The notes under the pieces were generated by a model. It had not been told where the DNA came from, searched no databases, and saw only the letters and a list, made by a program, of their open reading frames with translations. A stretch of 64,000 nt of DNA from Trichosphaerium sp. ATCC 40318 (Eukaryota; Protista; Tubulinea): the NCBI GenBank assembly GCA_038496445.1, contig JALMLS010000268.1, positions 186,001 to 250,000 on the forward strand, in the 5' to 3' direction. Positions 12,548 to 26,270 of the stretch are shown one piece after another. Position numbers and translations under genes: made by a program. Every line of letters starts with the position of its first letter. Within the stretch, counting starts at the first letter, position 1.

Positions 12548-13471
12548 TTACGATTGCAAGTGATACATTTTTTTATCCGTTTTGACGTCACATTGAGGTA
12601 CATTGTTTACAACACGCCTAGTGACATCTCTTGAAATCTTACTACAACCGCGAATATACAACTTCTTTAAAACCTTTTTTTTTTCATCTTGATCCAATAA
12701 GTAGTTAATACCTTTATCACAAACACCTTTGCAACCAGTCAAATCAATGCTAAAAGCGCCAACAAGACCCATGATACCTCTGCTTGTTATTCTCTCACAG
12801 TAGCTCAATACAATACTTTTAACTCCTGACAATGCCAACAATCCATCGTCCTCTATTGGAGCACTGCAAATATTAATTGTATGAACACCTGATATAGCCT
12901 TATAACCCTCTACAGTTATATCAGTGTTGTATCCACTCAAGTTTATTGTATGAACACCAGAAAGAGCTTTAAGGCCTTTGTCCGTTATTTTACAACAGTA
13001 CCCTAGGTCAATAGTATGAACACCATGAAGATGTTTAATACAATCATCAGTTATGTAATCAATTGCAGCATAAGAACGTCTGGTTTTTCTTTTATTCAGG
13101 TCAATTGTATGGACACCAGCGAGTGCTTCGAATCCCTTTGATGTTATTTCTAAAGGGGAGCGGAAATAAATACATCTTAGAACAAGATTACGGACACCAG
13201 CAAGCTTGGAAAGGTCTTCATCTGTTGGTCTGTCTAATTTTGCAATAATTGTAGTATTTTTTAAAAGTGGACTACCAGACAGTATATCTAGTTTGTGTTT
13301 TACAGTATTTGATATTGTAATACAATGATAACCAACATGATTCTGGATTACATCAAATAACAGTTTGCATGTGAATGAAGAAGCTATCCGACTTCTTTTT
13401 CCCATAAACATGAAAATAATTGCAAGAATTTCTGGAGGTGTATCTAAAAAGGTATCCTGTTGTCTTGACAT
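12548..13471 (-). CDS. F-box / leucine-rich repeat protein (FBXL-like, 'GVHTIDL' repeats)
   Basis: F-box FLDTPPEILAIIFMFM..SRIASSFTCKLL followed by LRRs of the type ITDKGLKALSGVHTINLS; no intron in the ORF body. Confidence 0.85.
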   Translation of the reverse strand: MSRQQDTFLDTPPEILAIIFMFMGKRSRIASSFTCKLLFDVIQNHVGYHCITISNTVKHKLDILSGSPLLKNTTIIAKLDRPTDEDLSKLAGVRNLVLRCIYFRSPLEITSKGFEALAGVHTIDLNKRKTRRSYAAIDYITDDCIKHLHGVHTIDLGYCCKITDKGLKALSGVHTINLSGYNTDITVEGYKAISGVHTINICSAPIEDDGLLALSGVKSIVLSYCERITSRGIMGLVGAFSIDLTGCKGVCDKGINYLLDQDEKKKVLKKLYIRGCSKISRDVTRRVVNNVPQCDVKTDKKMYHLQS

Positions 13472-14574
13472 GATGGATTTCTTTGGCTCTTGTTTAGTAA
13501 GGTTGTAAAATGAATCATAGTTAAACAATAACGCACCTTGTCACACGTAGAACTTTTGTTTAAACGCGTCTTGAGAACGGTATATTACGTTGAATTCTTC
13601 GCTACCAAAAAAACAATTTAAAAGCTGCACGTTCGCTACTAATAGAAAAACAAGAAAAACAATGCGCAACCCTCTGTAGCAACGAGAGAATACGTTTTAA
13701 GGCGATAGAAAGAAAGAAACGCGTAGTATAGTGTGGTAAAGTGTAAATTAGTTTTTGAGACTTAAAAAGATAAGCGTTGGCTGCCAGCACGCGAAAGAAA
13801 CAGTTTGTTGATTAAATCTCCGCTCAACTGACAAAGTTTGTATTAGTGGTTTAACTAAACGTACAATTAATGCTGTGATATCCTCCAGGTTCTTCAGAAG
13901 CGACAGCCGGCAGTACTGAAATGTGATTAACGCTAAAAAGATAGGTCGTTGTCAGTCAACGCGTAAATGATTAATCATCATCTGACGACTCTAAGACGGG
14001 GTAGGTTACGAAACCGAAATATGTAGAATTTTGTTCAAAAAAAGTCAAAAATTCGGCACACTAATTATCCATTACTACCAAGTTCGACCATAGCCATTCT
14101 TCAATTCGTTTCCCATACAAAACTTTGCTTACTGTTCCCCATTCTTATACCAATGGCGACGAACTCCGTTTTTTTTCATAATTAATAAAGCGTCTCACAG
14201 CCAGTTTAAGCTAAAAACTAGATTTTAACTCAATTTTGTTGTTGCACTTTTCTTTTTCATTCTCTTTCTCATCTTTTTACTTTTATGATTTAATTAGGTT
14301 ATAAGATGGTACGACGCTGGTACGTGGCCCTCCAAAATTTGTGGAACAAATTTCGGAGCCTGATCGGACAAGCTGGGATGGTGATTTTTTTCAATGTTAT
14401 TATCTTGTTATTAATATGAATAAAGTGAGGGCTACGGCGCTCGCCTCTTGTTTGAAAAAAAAAAAAAGTTTAAACTAAAAACTGAATCAATAAGGCGGAA
14501 AACCGTTTGGTTTAAATCAAGCAAGACTTAATCTTTGTGAACAGTTTAAACAACCATCTAAAACAGGCGGAGAA

Positions 14575-17500
14575 ATGAAGCTTCTCTTTGTTTTATACAC
14601 TATTATTAGCATAACATTATCACAACGCATTTTCCGTGTTGGTTGCGTGTACAACTCAATAGGAAGAAATGCGCCGTCGGGGTTATTACTTCGAAACTCA
14701 TATGAGATGTGGAGAGACAATGTACCAACGGCAATCAAACTGTCACAATTGAAATTCTTTAGGTAAACGCACGTGGTGGATTACGAGTTAAAAATGAAAG
14801 CTACACCGTTGAGCTTGTGTTCGGTGGCATTGATGGTACGAAAATAGAAAAGCACCCTTCATTTCGGAACGTTTTTACTAAAAGATCATCAGGTACTCCT
14901 ATTTCTGCTCAAAATGCGACAGAGTACCTTGCGGATAATTATGATCTAAACTACATTTTTTTGGTACGTCCAGGAGGCCTGTTGTTCGCTTTTATTTTAT
15001 TCTATTCTTATTAAGATTTTGTAGCCTTTCAGTACTGCACTGAGTATACCTGCGGCTATTGTGGCTCACGATCGCGGCATTAATTCAATATATGGTACGA
15101 AAATATTACGTCACGCAGTGATTTACGATTGTGTTTTAGTTGCGACAAACTCCCTGTCTGCCTATATTTGTATGGATGATCAAGCGTATCCTTGTGCTCA
15201 ACCGTTTGGTAGAAGGTTTCCTTTGAGCACTTCCGTGAGTTACCCACTATCAAAAGTTGTGAGTGATGCCATGAACTTGCTTAAATTCAACGGAGCTAAA
15301 ACTGCTGCAATATTTTTTTTGGGTACGTCTGTCGGATAGGCACACGTGGTATCTATCAGCTGAGATGGTTTATTTCAAATAAAAATAAGTTTGATCTTTT
15401 TTAATTTTGAAATAGATATCACGTGGGGAAGAGATGTTGTTGATGGAGTTCGAAGAGTTGCCAACTTGGCAGGTAATCTTTTTAACTTTTTGTGTTGTTT
15501 TCTTTTGAGCTTACAAGTTGTTTGTTTAGATGTTGATCTGTTGTATTCAGGCGGCGTTCCATTTACAACGAATCAAACCCTAGTTAGAGAAAGGTTGACG
15601 CACTTTATTGAAACTGTTCGTCCAATGAAGCCAGGTACACAAATACGATCAAAACATGCCTAACGAACTCGTAGATATAATTATTGGAGCAGTATTCTTC
15701 TCATGCCAAACCTTTATGAAGGTACCCTTATGCTTCTAAAAGCATTCTCTCATGTTTTGTTTAGCTTGCCAAGGAGCTTGACTTTAACGCAAAGGTACAA
15801 GGATGATCTTATTTCTTTGAAAGCTAACCTTGATTCCAGGCGTACTTGATGCTTCTACCATGTTTTCTTGACTTTATTGATGACAAACCTGAAGAAGGCA
15901 AATATGTCATTGGTTCTGGAGGATTTGTGCGTCTCTACAAATTAGCAACGATTAAATTAATATATGATAGTGGGATCCAAATCTTAAGGGTGAGGAGTAT
16001 GATGAAGATGATGCAGCCATACGGTAAGAATAACGATGAAAGCAGTAATACTAATTCGTGTAAGGTATTATCATTTCCTGAGTCAGGGTAATGCAACCTC
16101 TCCTGAACTCTTTCAAAATCGCTATGTTGAACGCTTTGGAACTCCTCCAAATTCGTGGGGAATACTGGCGTATATGGCTGGAATCTTAACACAATACGCA
16201 GTAGAAAAAGCAAAGTACAAGCTAGATTTATTGGTACCTTTATCTTATTTTTTTCTCGGATAGTTCGCTTGATCCAGAAGATATTAGAAATGCAGCGGAT
16301 AGTGTAAATATCAAAGGTGTAGGTGGACCAATACAATTGGACATATATGGACGTAATGTGGCTCAACCTGTTGTAACGTTTCAATTGGATGATGACTATA
16401 CTCCTCAAATCCTTATTCCTCTCGCTTCTGTCACCAAAGAGCTTGTCTATCCTGCTCCAAAGTGGTCTGAACGCCGTACAACTTACGGTTGGTACAGTAC
16501 GTCATTATCAAATCGTTAAATAATAAGTGGAGCTCATCAGTTAAATAGAGTTTACTGTTGAACACGTGATGATGGCGATTGCATCTGTTGTCATTTTATT
16601 GACTCTTGCTGGTGTTCCATGGATAATCGCTTACAGAAATCGGACAGTAGTTCGCGCTTCTCAACCTGTTTTCATTGTAATCACGATGGTACGCTAAATA
16701 TTTTTTGTCGAAAACCCAACATTAATTTAAAGTGTAGTTTGGATCAATTATCATGTATTGTACTGTATTCTTTTGGAGTCTTCATACTGACGACCTTCAC
16801 TGTAATCTAACACGTTGGTTCCTTGGTATTGGGTTTGCTGTACGTAATACAATGAAACTACTGAAACAGATATCCATTATTGACACTTTATTTCTTTGAA
16901 TAGCTGTTGTACAGTGCCATATTTGCCAGAATAACACGTATTGCACACATCTTCTTGACAGACAGTTTGGAGATCTTTAAAGTCACCAATGTTATGATAT
17001 TCCCCATTGTGGGAGTGTTAACTGCTATTGAAGCTTTTATTCTGATATTGTGGTCAATTGTGAGTCCTGGAAGAGCTGTGATCGATATTGGAGCACCTGA
17101 GAAACTCTCTGATGACTTTTACACATGTCAGTTTGAAAACGCTGATATCATATTCTTGAGTATCCTCCTTGTCTACAATGTACGTTGATATTGAGTATTA
17201 TAACCCGCTGAATGATATCACAGGCGTGTATTCTATTGTATGGAATGATTTATGTTGTCCGAATATGGAAGATCAAGGCCATTCTGTACAACGAGTCTGA
17301 GTAAGATTGATTTCGCGTTTCTGCTTTCTATTAACACGTTTTTTAAGGTCAATCGGTTTTGCTGTTTACACAATTGCATTTACTCTCATATTAGTTGGTG
17401 TATCACCTGTACGTTTGTAGTAATCGCGTCTAGATTTCTTTATTGTTTTTTGACACTTTTTGTTTTCAGTTTATTTCGAAATCAGATAGAGTACTGGCAT

Positions 17501-17772
17501 ACGTTATTCGTTCCCTGTGCTTCATATTTGGACCTCTCATCACAGTTCTTGCTATATTACTTCCAAAAGTAGTTTATGTAGTGCGTGGTGATAATATGTC
17601 ATCTGGTTTCACATCAACAAAGTCAAACATGTCCAAGAAGTCAGATACTGCAGAGTTCTATCCAGCATCTGTTGTACAAAAACTAAGGACAAGAGTACAG
17701 GAACTTGAAGACAAAGTTGCCGATCTCACAAATGACAAGGCGGTGTTGAACAAGACAATGAAAATGAATTAG
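14575..17772 (+). CDS. class C (GABA-B/Grl-like) GPCR, tandem copy 1: signal peptide + periplasmic-binding-protein (Venus flytrap) domain + 7tm_3 + coiled-coil tail
   Basis: FRVGCVYNSIGRNAPSGLLLRNSYEMWRDN|VNARGGLRV..YTVELV is a LivJ/K-type PBP N-terminus. 7tm_3 motifs: AYRNRTVVRASQPVF, CNLTRWFLGIGFA, IFARITRIAHIF, PFCTTS region spliced as ..LYNES|KSIGFAVY, and LAILLPKV. About 20 short introns. Confidence 0.85.
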
Positions 17773-18309
17773 AATCAAAAGCAAGTGAGGCTACACAATC
17801 ACCTGAGAACGACAGTAGCACATCTGAAACACAAAGTCAGTGAACTAGTAATCCGTAATATTAAATCAAAGGTACCACTGGCTTTCTTAAGGCCTTATCA
17901 AAGTACTTCCTCAATAAATAAAGTGTACATTATATCGTAGCTATTGTTGTTTCAATACTGAGAGGCTTTGTGTTGTTCAAATTTTACTATGCTAAGCCAA
18001 GCTTGCTTCCGTACCTCAAAAGCACAAGCGTACTGCAGAGGCTACTTGAACTGGAATTTTCTGAAAATAAGCTGAAATTGATTTGCTGTATTCCGTAAAG
18101 CCAGAAAAAAAAACGTATCAACAGCATAAACTTCTCTTTGGTTCATAACCACATTATTAACCTTTCCTGATTTATTCGAACCTAGCAAGTTGTGCGTATT
18201 GTAAGCCACCTCACTAGTAGTTGCTACGAATTTTCTCAGTTGTAGTCAACTTTTTTCTATATTTGTAACTTTGTGAATGAAGAACTCAAGTATGCAGCGT
18301 GGATACCAA

Positions 18310-21300
18310 ATGAAGCTCCTGCTTGTTTTAGCAATTATTACTACCGCAACATTATCACAACGTATTTTCCGTGTTGGTTGCGTATATAATTCAATAGGAA
18401 GAAGTGCTGCGGAAGGTTTATTAGTTCGAAACTCATATGAGATGTGGAGAGACAATGTACTAACTACCACACCACCAAACTGTCACCAATAACATCATAT
18501 TAGGTAAACGCACGTGGTGGACTGCTAGTTAAAAATGAAAGCTATACCGTTGAGCTTGTATTCGGTGATGTTGATGGTACGAAAATAGAAAGTTGTCTTC
18601 GTTTCGGAACGTTATTAAATCCGATCTTTAGATACTCCTATTTCTGCTCAAAATGCGACAGAGTACCTTGTAGACAATTATGATCTTAACTACATTTTTC
18701 TTGTGCGTCCAGGAGGCCTTTTGTTCAGGATTTTCTTTTATTCTTATTTTATGATTTTGTAGCCTTTCAGCTCTGCACTGAGTATACCTCCGGCTATTGT
18801 GGCTCACGACCACGGCATTAATTCAATATTTAGTACGATAACGTTACGTCACGCAGTGATTTACGATTGTTATGTAGTTGGGACAAACGCCCTTTCGGCT
18901 TACATTTGCATGGACAATAAAGCGTATCCATGCACTCAACCGTTTGGTAGAAGGTTTCCTTTGAGCACCTCCGTAACCTTCCCACTATCAAAAGTTGTGA
19001 GTGATGCCATGAACTTGCTTAAATTCAACGGAGCTAAAACTGCTGCAATATTTTTTTTGGGTACGTCTGTCGGATAGGCACACGTGGTATCTATCAGCTG
19101 AGATGCTTTATTTCAAATAAAAATAAGTTTGATCTTTTTTAATTTTGACATAGATATCACGTGGGGAAGAGATGTTGTTGATGGAGTTCGAAGAGTTGCC
19201 AACTTGGCAGGTAATCTTTTTAACTTTTTGTGTTGTTATTTTTTGAGCTTACAAGTTGTTTGTTTAGATGTTGATCTGTTGTATTCAGGCGGTGTCCCAT
19301 TTAGCTTTAATCAAACTTTAATAAGAGAAAGATTGACGCACTTTATTGAAACTGTTCGTCCTATGAACCCAGGTACACAAATACGATCAAAACATGACTA
19401 ACGAACGCGTAGATATAATTATTGGAGCAGTGTACTTCTCATGCCAAACCTTTATGAAGGTACCACAGAGTTATAAAATCAATCATATCCTCATTCTTGT
19501 TTAGCTTGCCAAAGAGCTTGACTTTAATGCAAAGGTATGAGAATGATCTTATTTCTTCGAAACCTAACCTTGATAAAAGGCGTACTTGATGCTTCTACCA
19601 TGTTTTCTTGATTTTATTGATGACAAACCTGAAGAAGGCAAATATGTCATTGGTTCTGGAGGATTTGTGCGTCTCTACAAATTAGCAACGATAAAATTAA
19701 TATATGATAGTGGGATCCAAATCTTAAGGGCGAGGAGTATGATGAAGATGATGCAGCCATACGGTAAGTACAATAAACACTGTAGCAACTAGTATTTATT
19801 TATGTAAGGTATTATCATTTCCTGAGTCAGGGAAATGCAACCTCTCCTGAACTCTTTCACAATCGTTATATTGAACGATTTGGGAGTGCTCCGCAAGCAT
19901 GGGGAGTAATTGCGTATATGGCTGGAATGATGACACAATATGCAGTAGAAAAAGCAAAGTACCGCTTAGTTTAATATGGTCGAAGTTTTTCTTATTTTTT
20001 TCTCATTAAGTTCGCTTGATCCAGAAGATATTAGAAATGCAGCAGATAGTATAAACATTAAAAGTGTAGGCGGTCTAATTCATATGGACATATATGGACG
20101 TAATGTGGCTCAACCTGTTGTAACATTTCAATTGGATGATGAATTTACTCCTCACATCCTTACTCCTCTCGCTTCTGTCACCAAAGAACTTGTCTATCCT
20201 GCTCCAACATGGTCTGAACGCCGTAAAACTTACGGTTGGTATAGTACGTCATTTTCACATTATTTAAATAAGTGATATCTCATCAGTTAAATAGAATTTA
20301 CTGTTGAACACGTGATGATGGCGATTGCATCTGTTGTAATTTTATTGACTCTTGCTGGTGTTCCTTGGATAATCGCTTACAGAAATCGGAAAGTAGTTCG
20401 CGCTTCTCAGCCTGTTTTTGTGTTAATCACAATGGTATGTGGAAACTTAGATAAAGTTACGACACCCACGTGACGGTTTGTTGTAGTTTGGTTCTATCGC
20501 TATGTATTGCACTGTATTCTTTTGGAGTCTTCATACTGACGACCTTCACTGTAATCTAACACGTTGGTTCCTTGGTATTGGGTTTGCTGTACGTAATACA
20601 ATGATACCACTGATAACGATTATTGACACTTTATTCCTTTGAATAGCTGTTGTACAGTGCCATATTTGCCAGAATAACACGTATTGCACACATCTTCTTG
20701 ACAGACAGTTTGGAGATCTTTAAAGTCACCAATGTTATGATATTCCCAATTGTGGGAGTTTTAACTGCTATTGAAGCTTTTATTCTTATATTGTGGTCAA
20801 TTGTGAGTCCTGGAAGAGCTGTAGTTGACATTGGAGCACCTGAGAAACTCTCTGATGACTTTTACACATGCCAGTTTGAAAACGCTGATATCATATTCTT
20901 GAGTATCCTTCTTGTCTACAATGTGCGTTGGCTATTCGTCTTTTTATCCCTTCTAAAAGATATCACAGGCGTGTATTCTATTGTATGGAATGATTTATGT
21001 TGTCCGAATATGGAAGATCAAGGCCATTCTGTACAATGAGTCTGAGTAAGAGCATATATTTTTTTTCTGTTCTTTTTCTGAGCTAGATTTACCGCTTTCA
21101 AGTACCTTCTATTAACACTTCTATTTTTAAGGTCAATCGGTTTTGCTGTTTACACAATTGCATTTACTCTCATATTAGTTGGTGTATCACCTGTACGTTT
21201 GTAGTAATCACGTCTAGATTTCTTTATTGTTTTTTGACACTTTTTGTTTTCAGTTTATTTCGAAATCAGATAGAGTACTGGCATACGTTATTCGTTCCCT

Positions 21301-21628
21301 GTGCTTCATATTTGGACCTCTCATCACAGTTCTTGCTATATTACTTCCAAAAGTATTTTACATAGTTCGTGGTGATAATATGTCATCTGGCCTTGCATCA
21401 ACAAGGTCAAACATGTCCAGGAAGTCAGATAATACAGATTTCTATCCGGCATCTGTTGTACAAAAACTAAAGACAAGAGTAAAGGAATTAGAAGACAAAG
21501 TTGCCAATCTCACAAACGACAAGGCTGATGTTGAACAAGACAATGAAAATGAATTAGAATCAAAAGCAAGTGAGACTACACAATCACCTGAGAACGACAG
21601 TAGCACATCTGAAACACAAAGTCACTGA
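18310..21628 (+). CDS. class C GPCR, tandem copy 2 (full-length tail)
   Basis: Same exon structure and near-identical sequence to copy 1; tail ..NDKADVEQDNENELESKASETTQSPENDSSTSETQSH*. Confidence 0.85.
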
Positions 21629-22191
21629 GCTAGTTATAAGTAATATTAAATCAAAGGTACCACTGGCTTTCTTAAGGCCTTATCAAAATAGTACTTCCTC
21701 AATAAATAAAGTGTACATTATATCGTAGCTCTATCTTGTTGTTTCAATACACTGAAAGGCTTGGTGGTAGCAAGAGCAACTTTTAGATTTAGACTGTAAG
21801 ACAATCAATCAAATACAAACTTTGCCACAAACAATCTGTGGAACCTTGTGAATACTAGTTTCCAATTGTTATGTGGTGCTATAACCATACATGGCTTATT
21901 ATGTTACATTAAAGGCAGCCATGATAAAAATGAAATTATTAATAGAAACGCTTTTGACCTTCCGTTCCATGTTCACGTAGTACACAATTGAATGTGGGAT
22001 TCACTGTTTCATTTTAACTCGCACGCTTCTTTGGACCAAAATTGACATTTTTGGATTTGATTTGAGTGTTACCGGTAGTTCTTCGGTTAAATACCTTCCT
22101 GAAAGTAATTCTCTATTGTTTAATAGTCAGTTGTAGGTACCAAGTCAAGTTTATTCTCTATTTTCATAAAGTAGAAGAACGTGGGAAAACA

Positions 22192-25100
22192 ATGAAGCTT
22201 CTGCTTGTTTTAGCAATTATTACTACCGCAACATTATCACAACGTATTTTCCGTGTTGGTTGTGTATATAATTCAATAGGAAGAAGTGCTGCGGAAGGTT
22301 TATTAGTTCGAAATTCATATGAGATGTGGAGAGACAATGTACGCACTACCAAACTGTCAAAAATAAAATTCTTTAGGTAAACGCACGTGGTGGATTACGA
22401 GTTAAAAACGAAAGCTACACTGTTGAGCTAGTATTCAGTGGTAATGGCGGTAAGAAAAAGATTACTACGTTTCGGGTCTTTACTAAACCAAAGATCTTTA
22501 GATACTCCTATTTCTGCTCAAAATGCGACACAGTACCTTGTAGACAATTACGATCTTAACTACATTTTTTTGGTACGTACAGGAGGCCTTTTGTTCGCTT
22601 CTATTTTATTCTATACTTATTATGATTTCTAGCCATTCAGTACTTCATTGAGTGTACCTGGGGCCATTATAGCTCACGATCGGGGCATTAATTCTATATT
22701 TAGTAAGGTCGAAAAACGTTTCGGAGATTAACGACTTTGTTTAGTTGCGACAAACTCCCTTTCTGCGTATATTTGTATGGACGATCCAGCATATCCATGC
22801 ACTCAACCTTTTGGGAGAAGGTTCCCTTTGAGCACCTCCGTAACCTTCCCACTATCAAAAGTTGTGAGTGATGCCATGAACTTGCTTAAATTCAACGGAG
22901 CTAAAACTGCTGCAATATTTTTTTTGGGTACGAAGCACATGGTATAGCTAGATGCTTCATGCAAATAGAAATCTGGTTTAATCGTCATTTAATTGTATAC
23001 CACAGATGTCGAGTGGGGAAGAGACGTTGTTAGTGGTGTTCGAAGAGTTGCCAACTTGGCAGGTAATCTTTTTAACTTTTGTGTTGTTTTCTTTTGAGCT
23101 TACGAGTTGTTTGTTTAGATGTTGATTTGTTGTATTCAGGCGGTGTCCCATTTAGCTTTAATCAAACCCTAGTTCGAGAAAGGTTGACGCACTTTATTGA
23201 AACTGTTCGTCCAATGAAGCCAGGTACACAAATACGATCAAAACATGACTAACGAACTCGTAGATATAATTATTGGAGCAGTATTCTTCTCATGCCAAAC
23301 CTTTATGAAGGTACCCCTATGCTTCTAAAAGCATTCTCTCATGTTTGTTTAGCTTGCCAAGGAGCTTGACTTTAATGCAAAGGTATTGAGAATGATCTTA
23401 TTTCTTCGGAAGCTAACCTTTGATACCAGGCGTACTTGATGCTTCTACCATGTTTTCTTGATTTTATTGATGACAAACCTGAAGAAGGCAAATATGTCAT
23501 TGGTTCTGGAGGATTTGTGCGTCATTACAAACAACGATTAAATTAATATATGATAGTGGGATCCAAATCTTAAGGGCGAGGAGTATGATGAAGATGATGC
23601 AGCCATACGGTAAGAAATACTAGAAACACTGCAGCAGCTAGTATTTATTTATGTCAGATATTATCATTTCCTAAGTCAGGGAAATGCAACCTCTCCTGAA
23701 CTCTTTCACAATCGTTATATTGAACGATTTGGAAGTGATCCACAAGCATGGGGAGTAATTGCGTATATGGCTGGAATGATGACACAATATGCAGTAGAAA
23801 CAGCAAAGTACCAGTTCCTGCAATTTAAGCTTTAATCTCATTTTTTTCTCATTAAGTTCGCTTGATCCAGAAGATATTAGAAATGCAGTAGATAGTATAA
23901 ACATCAAAGGCATAGGCGGGCCAATACAATTGGATATATACGGGCGTAATGTGGCTCAACCTGTTGTAACATTTCAATTGGATGATGAATTTACTCCTCA
24001 CATCCTTACTCCTCTCGCTTCTGTCACCAAAGAACTTGTCTATCCTGCTCCAACATGGTCAGAACGCCGTACAACTTACGGTTGGTACAGTAAGTCATTT
24101 TCACATTATTTAAATAATAAGTGATATCTCATCAGTTAAATAGAATTTACTGTTGAACACGTGATGATGGCGATTGCATCTGTTGTCATTTTATTGACTC
24201 TTGCTGGTGTTCCATGGATTATCGCTTACAGAAACCGTAAAGTAGTTCGCGCTTCTCAGCCTATTTTCATTGTAATCACGATGGTATGCTAAAATAGGTT
24301 TTGTTTTAAAACCCAACGTTAATTTAAAGTGTAGTTTGGATCAATTATCATGTATTGTACTGTATTCTTTTGGAGTCTTCACACTGACGACCTTCACTGT
24401 AATCTAACACGTTGGTTCCTTGGTATTGGGTTTGCTGTACGTAATACAATGACACCACTGATATAACCACCATTGACACTTTGTTTCTTTGAAAAAGCTG
24501 TTGTACAGTGCCATATTTGCCAGAATAACACGTATTGCACACATTTTCTTGACAGATAGTTTGGAGATCTTTAAAGTCACCAATGTTATGATATTCCCCA
24601 TTGTGGGAGTTTTAACTGCTATTGAAGCTTTTATTCTGATATTGTGGTCAATTGTGAGTCCTGGAAGAGCTGTAGTCGATATTGGAGCACCTGAGAAACT
24701 CTCTGATGACTTTTACACATGCCAGTTTGAAAACGCTGATATCATATTCTTGAGTGTCCTCCTTGTCTACAATGTACGTTGATATTGAGTATTATAACCC
24801 CCTGAGTGATATTGTAGGCGTGTATTCTATTGTATGGAATGATTTATGTTGTCCGAATATGGAAGATCAAGGCCATTCTCTACAATGAGTCTGAGTAAGA
24901 TTACAATCATTTTTCTAGTTTTCTTTCTGCTGCTTTCTTGTGTTCTTGGTTAATCTTATCTGTGCTTCTTTCAATCGTAACGTTTCTATTAACACTCCTA
25001 TTTTAAAGGTCAATCGGTTTTGCTGTTTATACAATTGCATTTACACTCATATTAGTTGGTGTATCACCTGTACGTTTGTAGTAATCACGTCTAGATTTCT

Positions 25101-25511
25101 TTATTGTTTTTTGACACTTTTTGTTTTCAGTTTATTTCGAAATCAGATAGAGTACTGGCATACGTTATTCGTTCCCTGTGCTTCATATTTGGACCTCTCA
25201 TCACAGTTCTTGCTATATTACTTCCAAAAGTAGTTTATGTAGTCCGTGGTGATAATATGACATCTGGTTTCACATCAACAAAGTCAAACATGTCCAGGAA
25301 GTCAGATACTGCAGATTTCTATCCGGCATCTGTTGTACAAAAACTAAAGACGGAAGTAAAAGAACTAAAGACAACGGTATTAAAACTGGAAAACAAAATT
25401 GCAGATCTTACAAACGACAAAGGAGATGTTGAACAAGACAATGAATATGAACTTGAATCAAAAACAAGTGACATTACACAATCACCTGAGAACGACAGTA
25501 GCTCATCTTAA
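22192..25511 (+). CDS. class C GPCR, tandem copy 3
   Basis: Same exon structure; extra heptad in the coiled-coil tail (KTEVKELKTTVLKLENK); stop about 5 codons earlier than in copy 2. Confidence 0.85.
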
Positions 25512-26270
25512 ATACAAACTCACTGAGCTAGTAATAAGTAATATTAAATCGATGGTACTACTGGGTTAAGGCCTTATCAAAGTAGTGCTTGCTCAATAAA
25601 AGAGTACATTTTATCACAGCTCATTTAATTCTTGTTGTTTCAATAAATGATCCTTTTATCGTAACATAATTGTATAGCATATTTGAATAAATACGTGACA
25701 CTGTTTGTAGAACAAGTATCTCGGGTGCTAAGATTGGCGTCTTAACGCCTAACATCACAACACTTACAACACAAATTATTGCAACAAATTCCAGTATTTG
25801 CTTATCACAGTGAGCATTTCAGGAAAAAGCAAAAAATATGTGGCTCACCTGATGGCATCCATGTTGTCGAATACGAGGCATAGAAATTATTCAGGATATT
25901 AGTAATGGCGAAACGTGACAACTTACTTACAGCTGTAAGTAAACATTCCAATTCTACCTCCGCTGAGAAGTCACATTGCAATGTACGTAGTACCAATGCA
26001 TTTCAAACATTGCTGTAAAAGAAGTAGTTTTATACTTGTTTTGTGTCGCTTTAGTTTGCAAGTATATGTTTTGCATGCGCCTTGAGCTCTGTTGGGTTAC
26101 CCTAGCACCTAAAAAGCCAAACTTGCTACTTTCTATTTTGGACAAAACGTCACACAGTCTAAAAACAACCGCACAACTTTTCAGATAGAATCTGGTTTTC
26201 TTTTGGAAAAACGTTGAAAAAATACCTTCTTTCTTACGCGTGTGTTACAGATATACGATTCTGCAATAAT

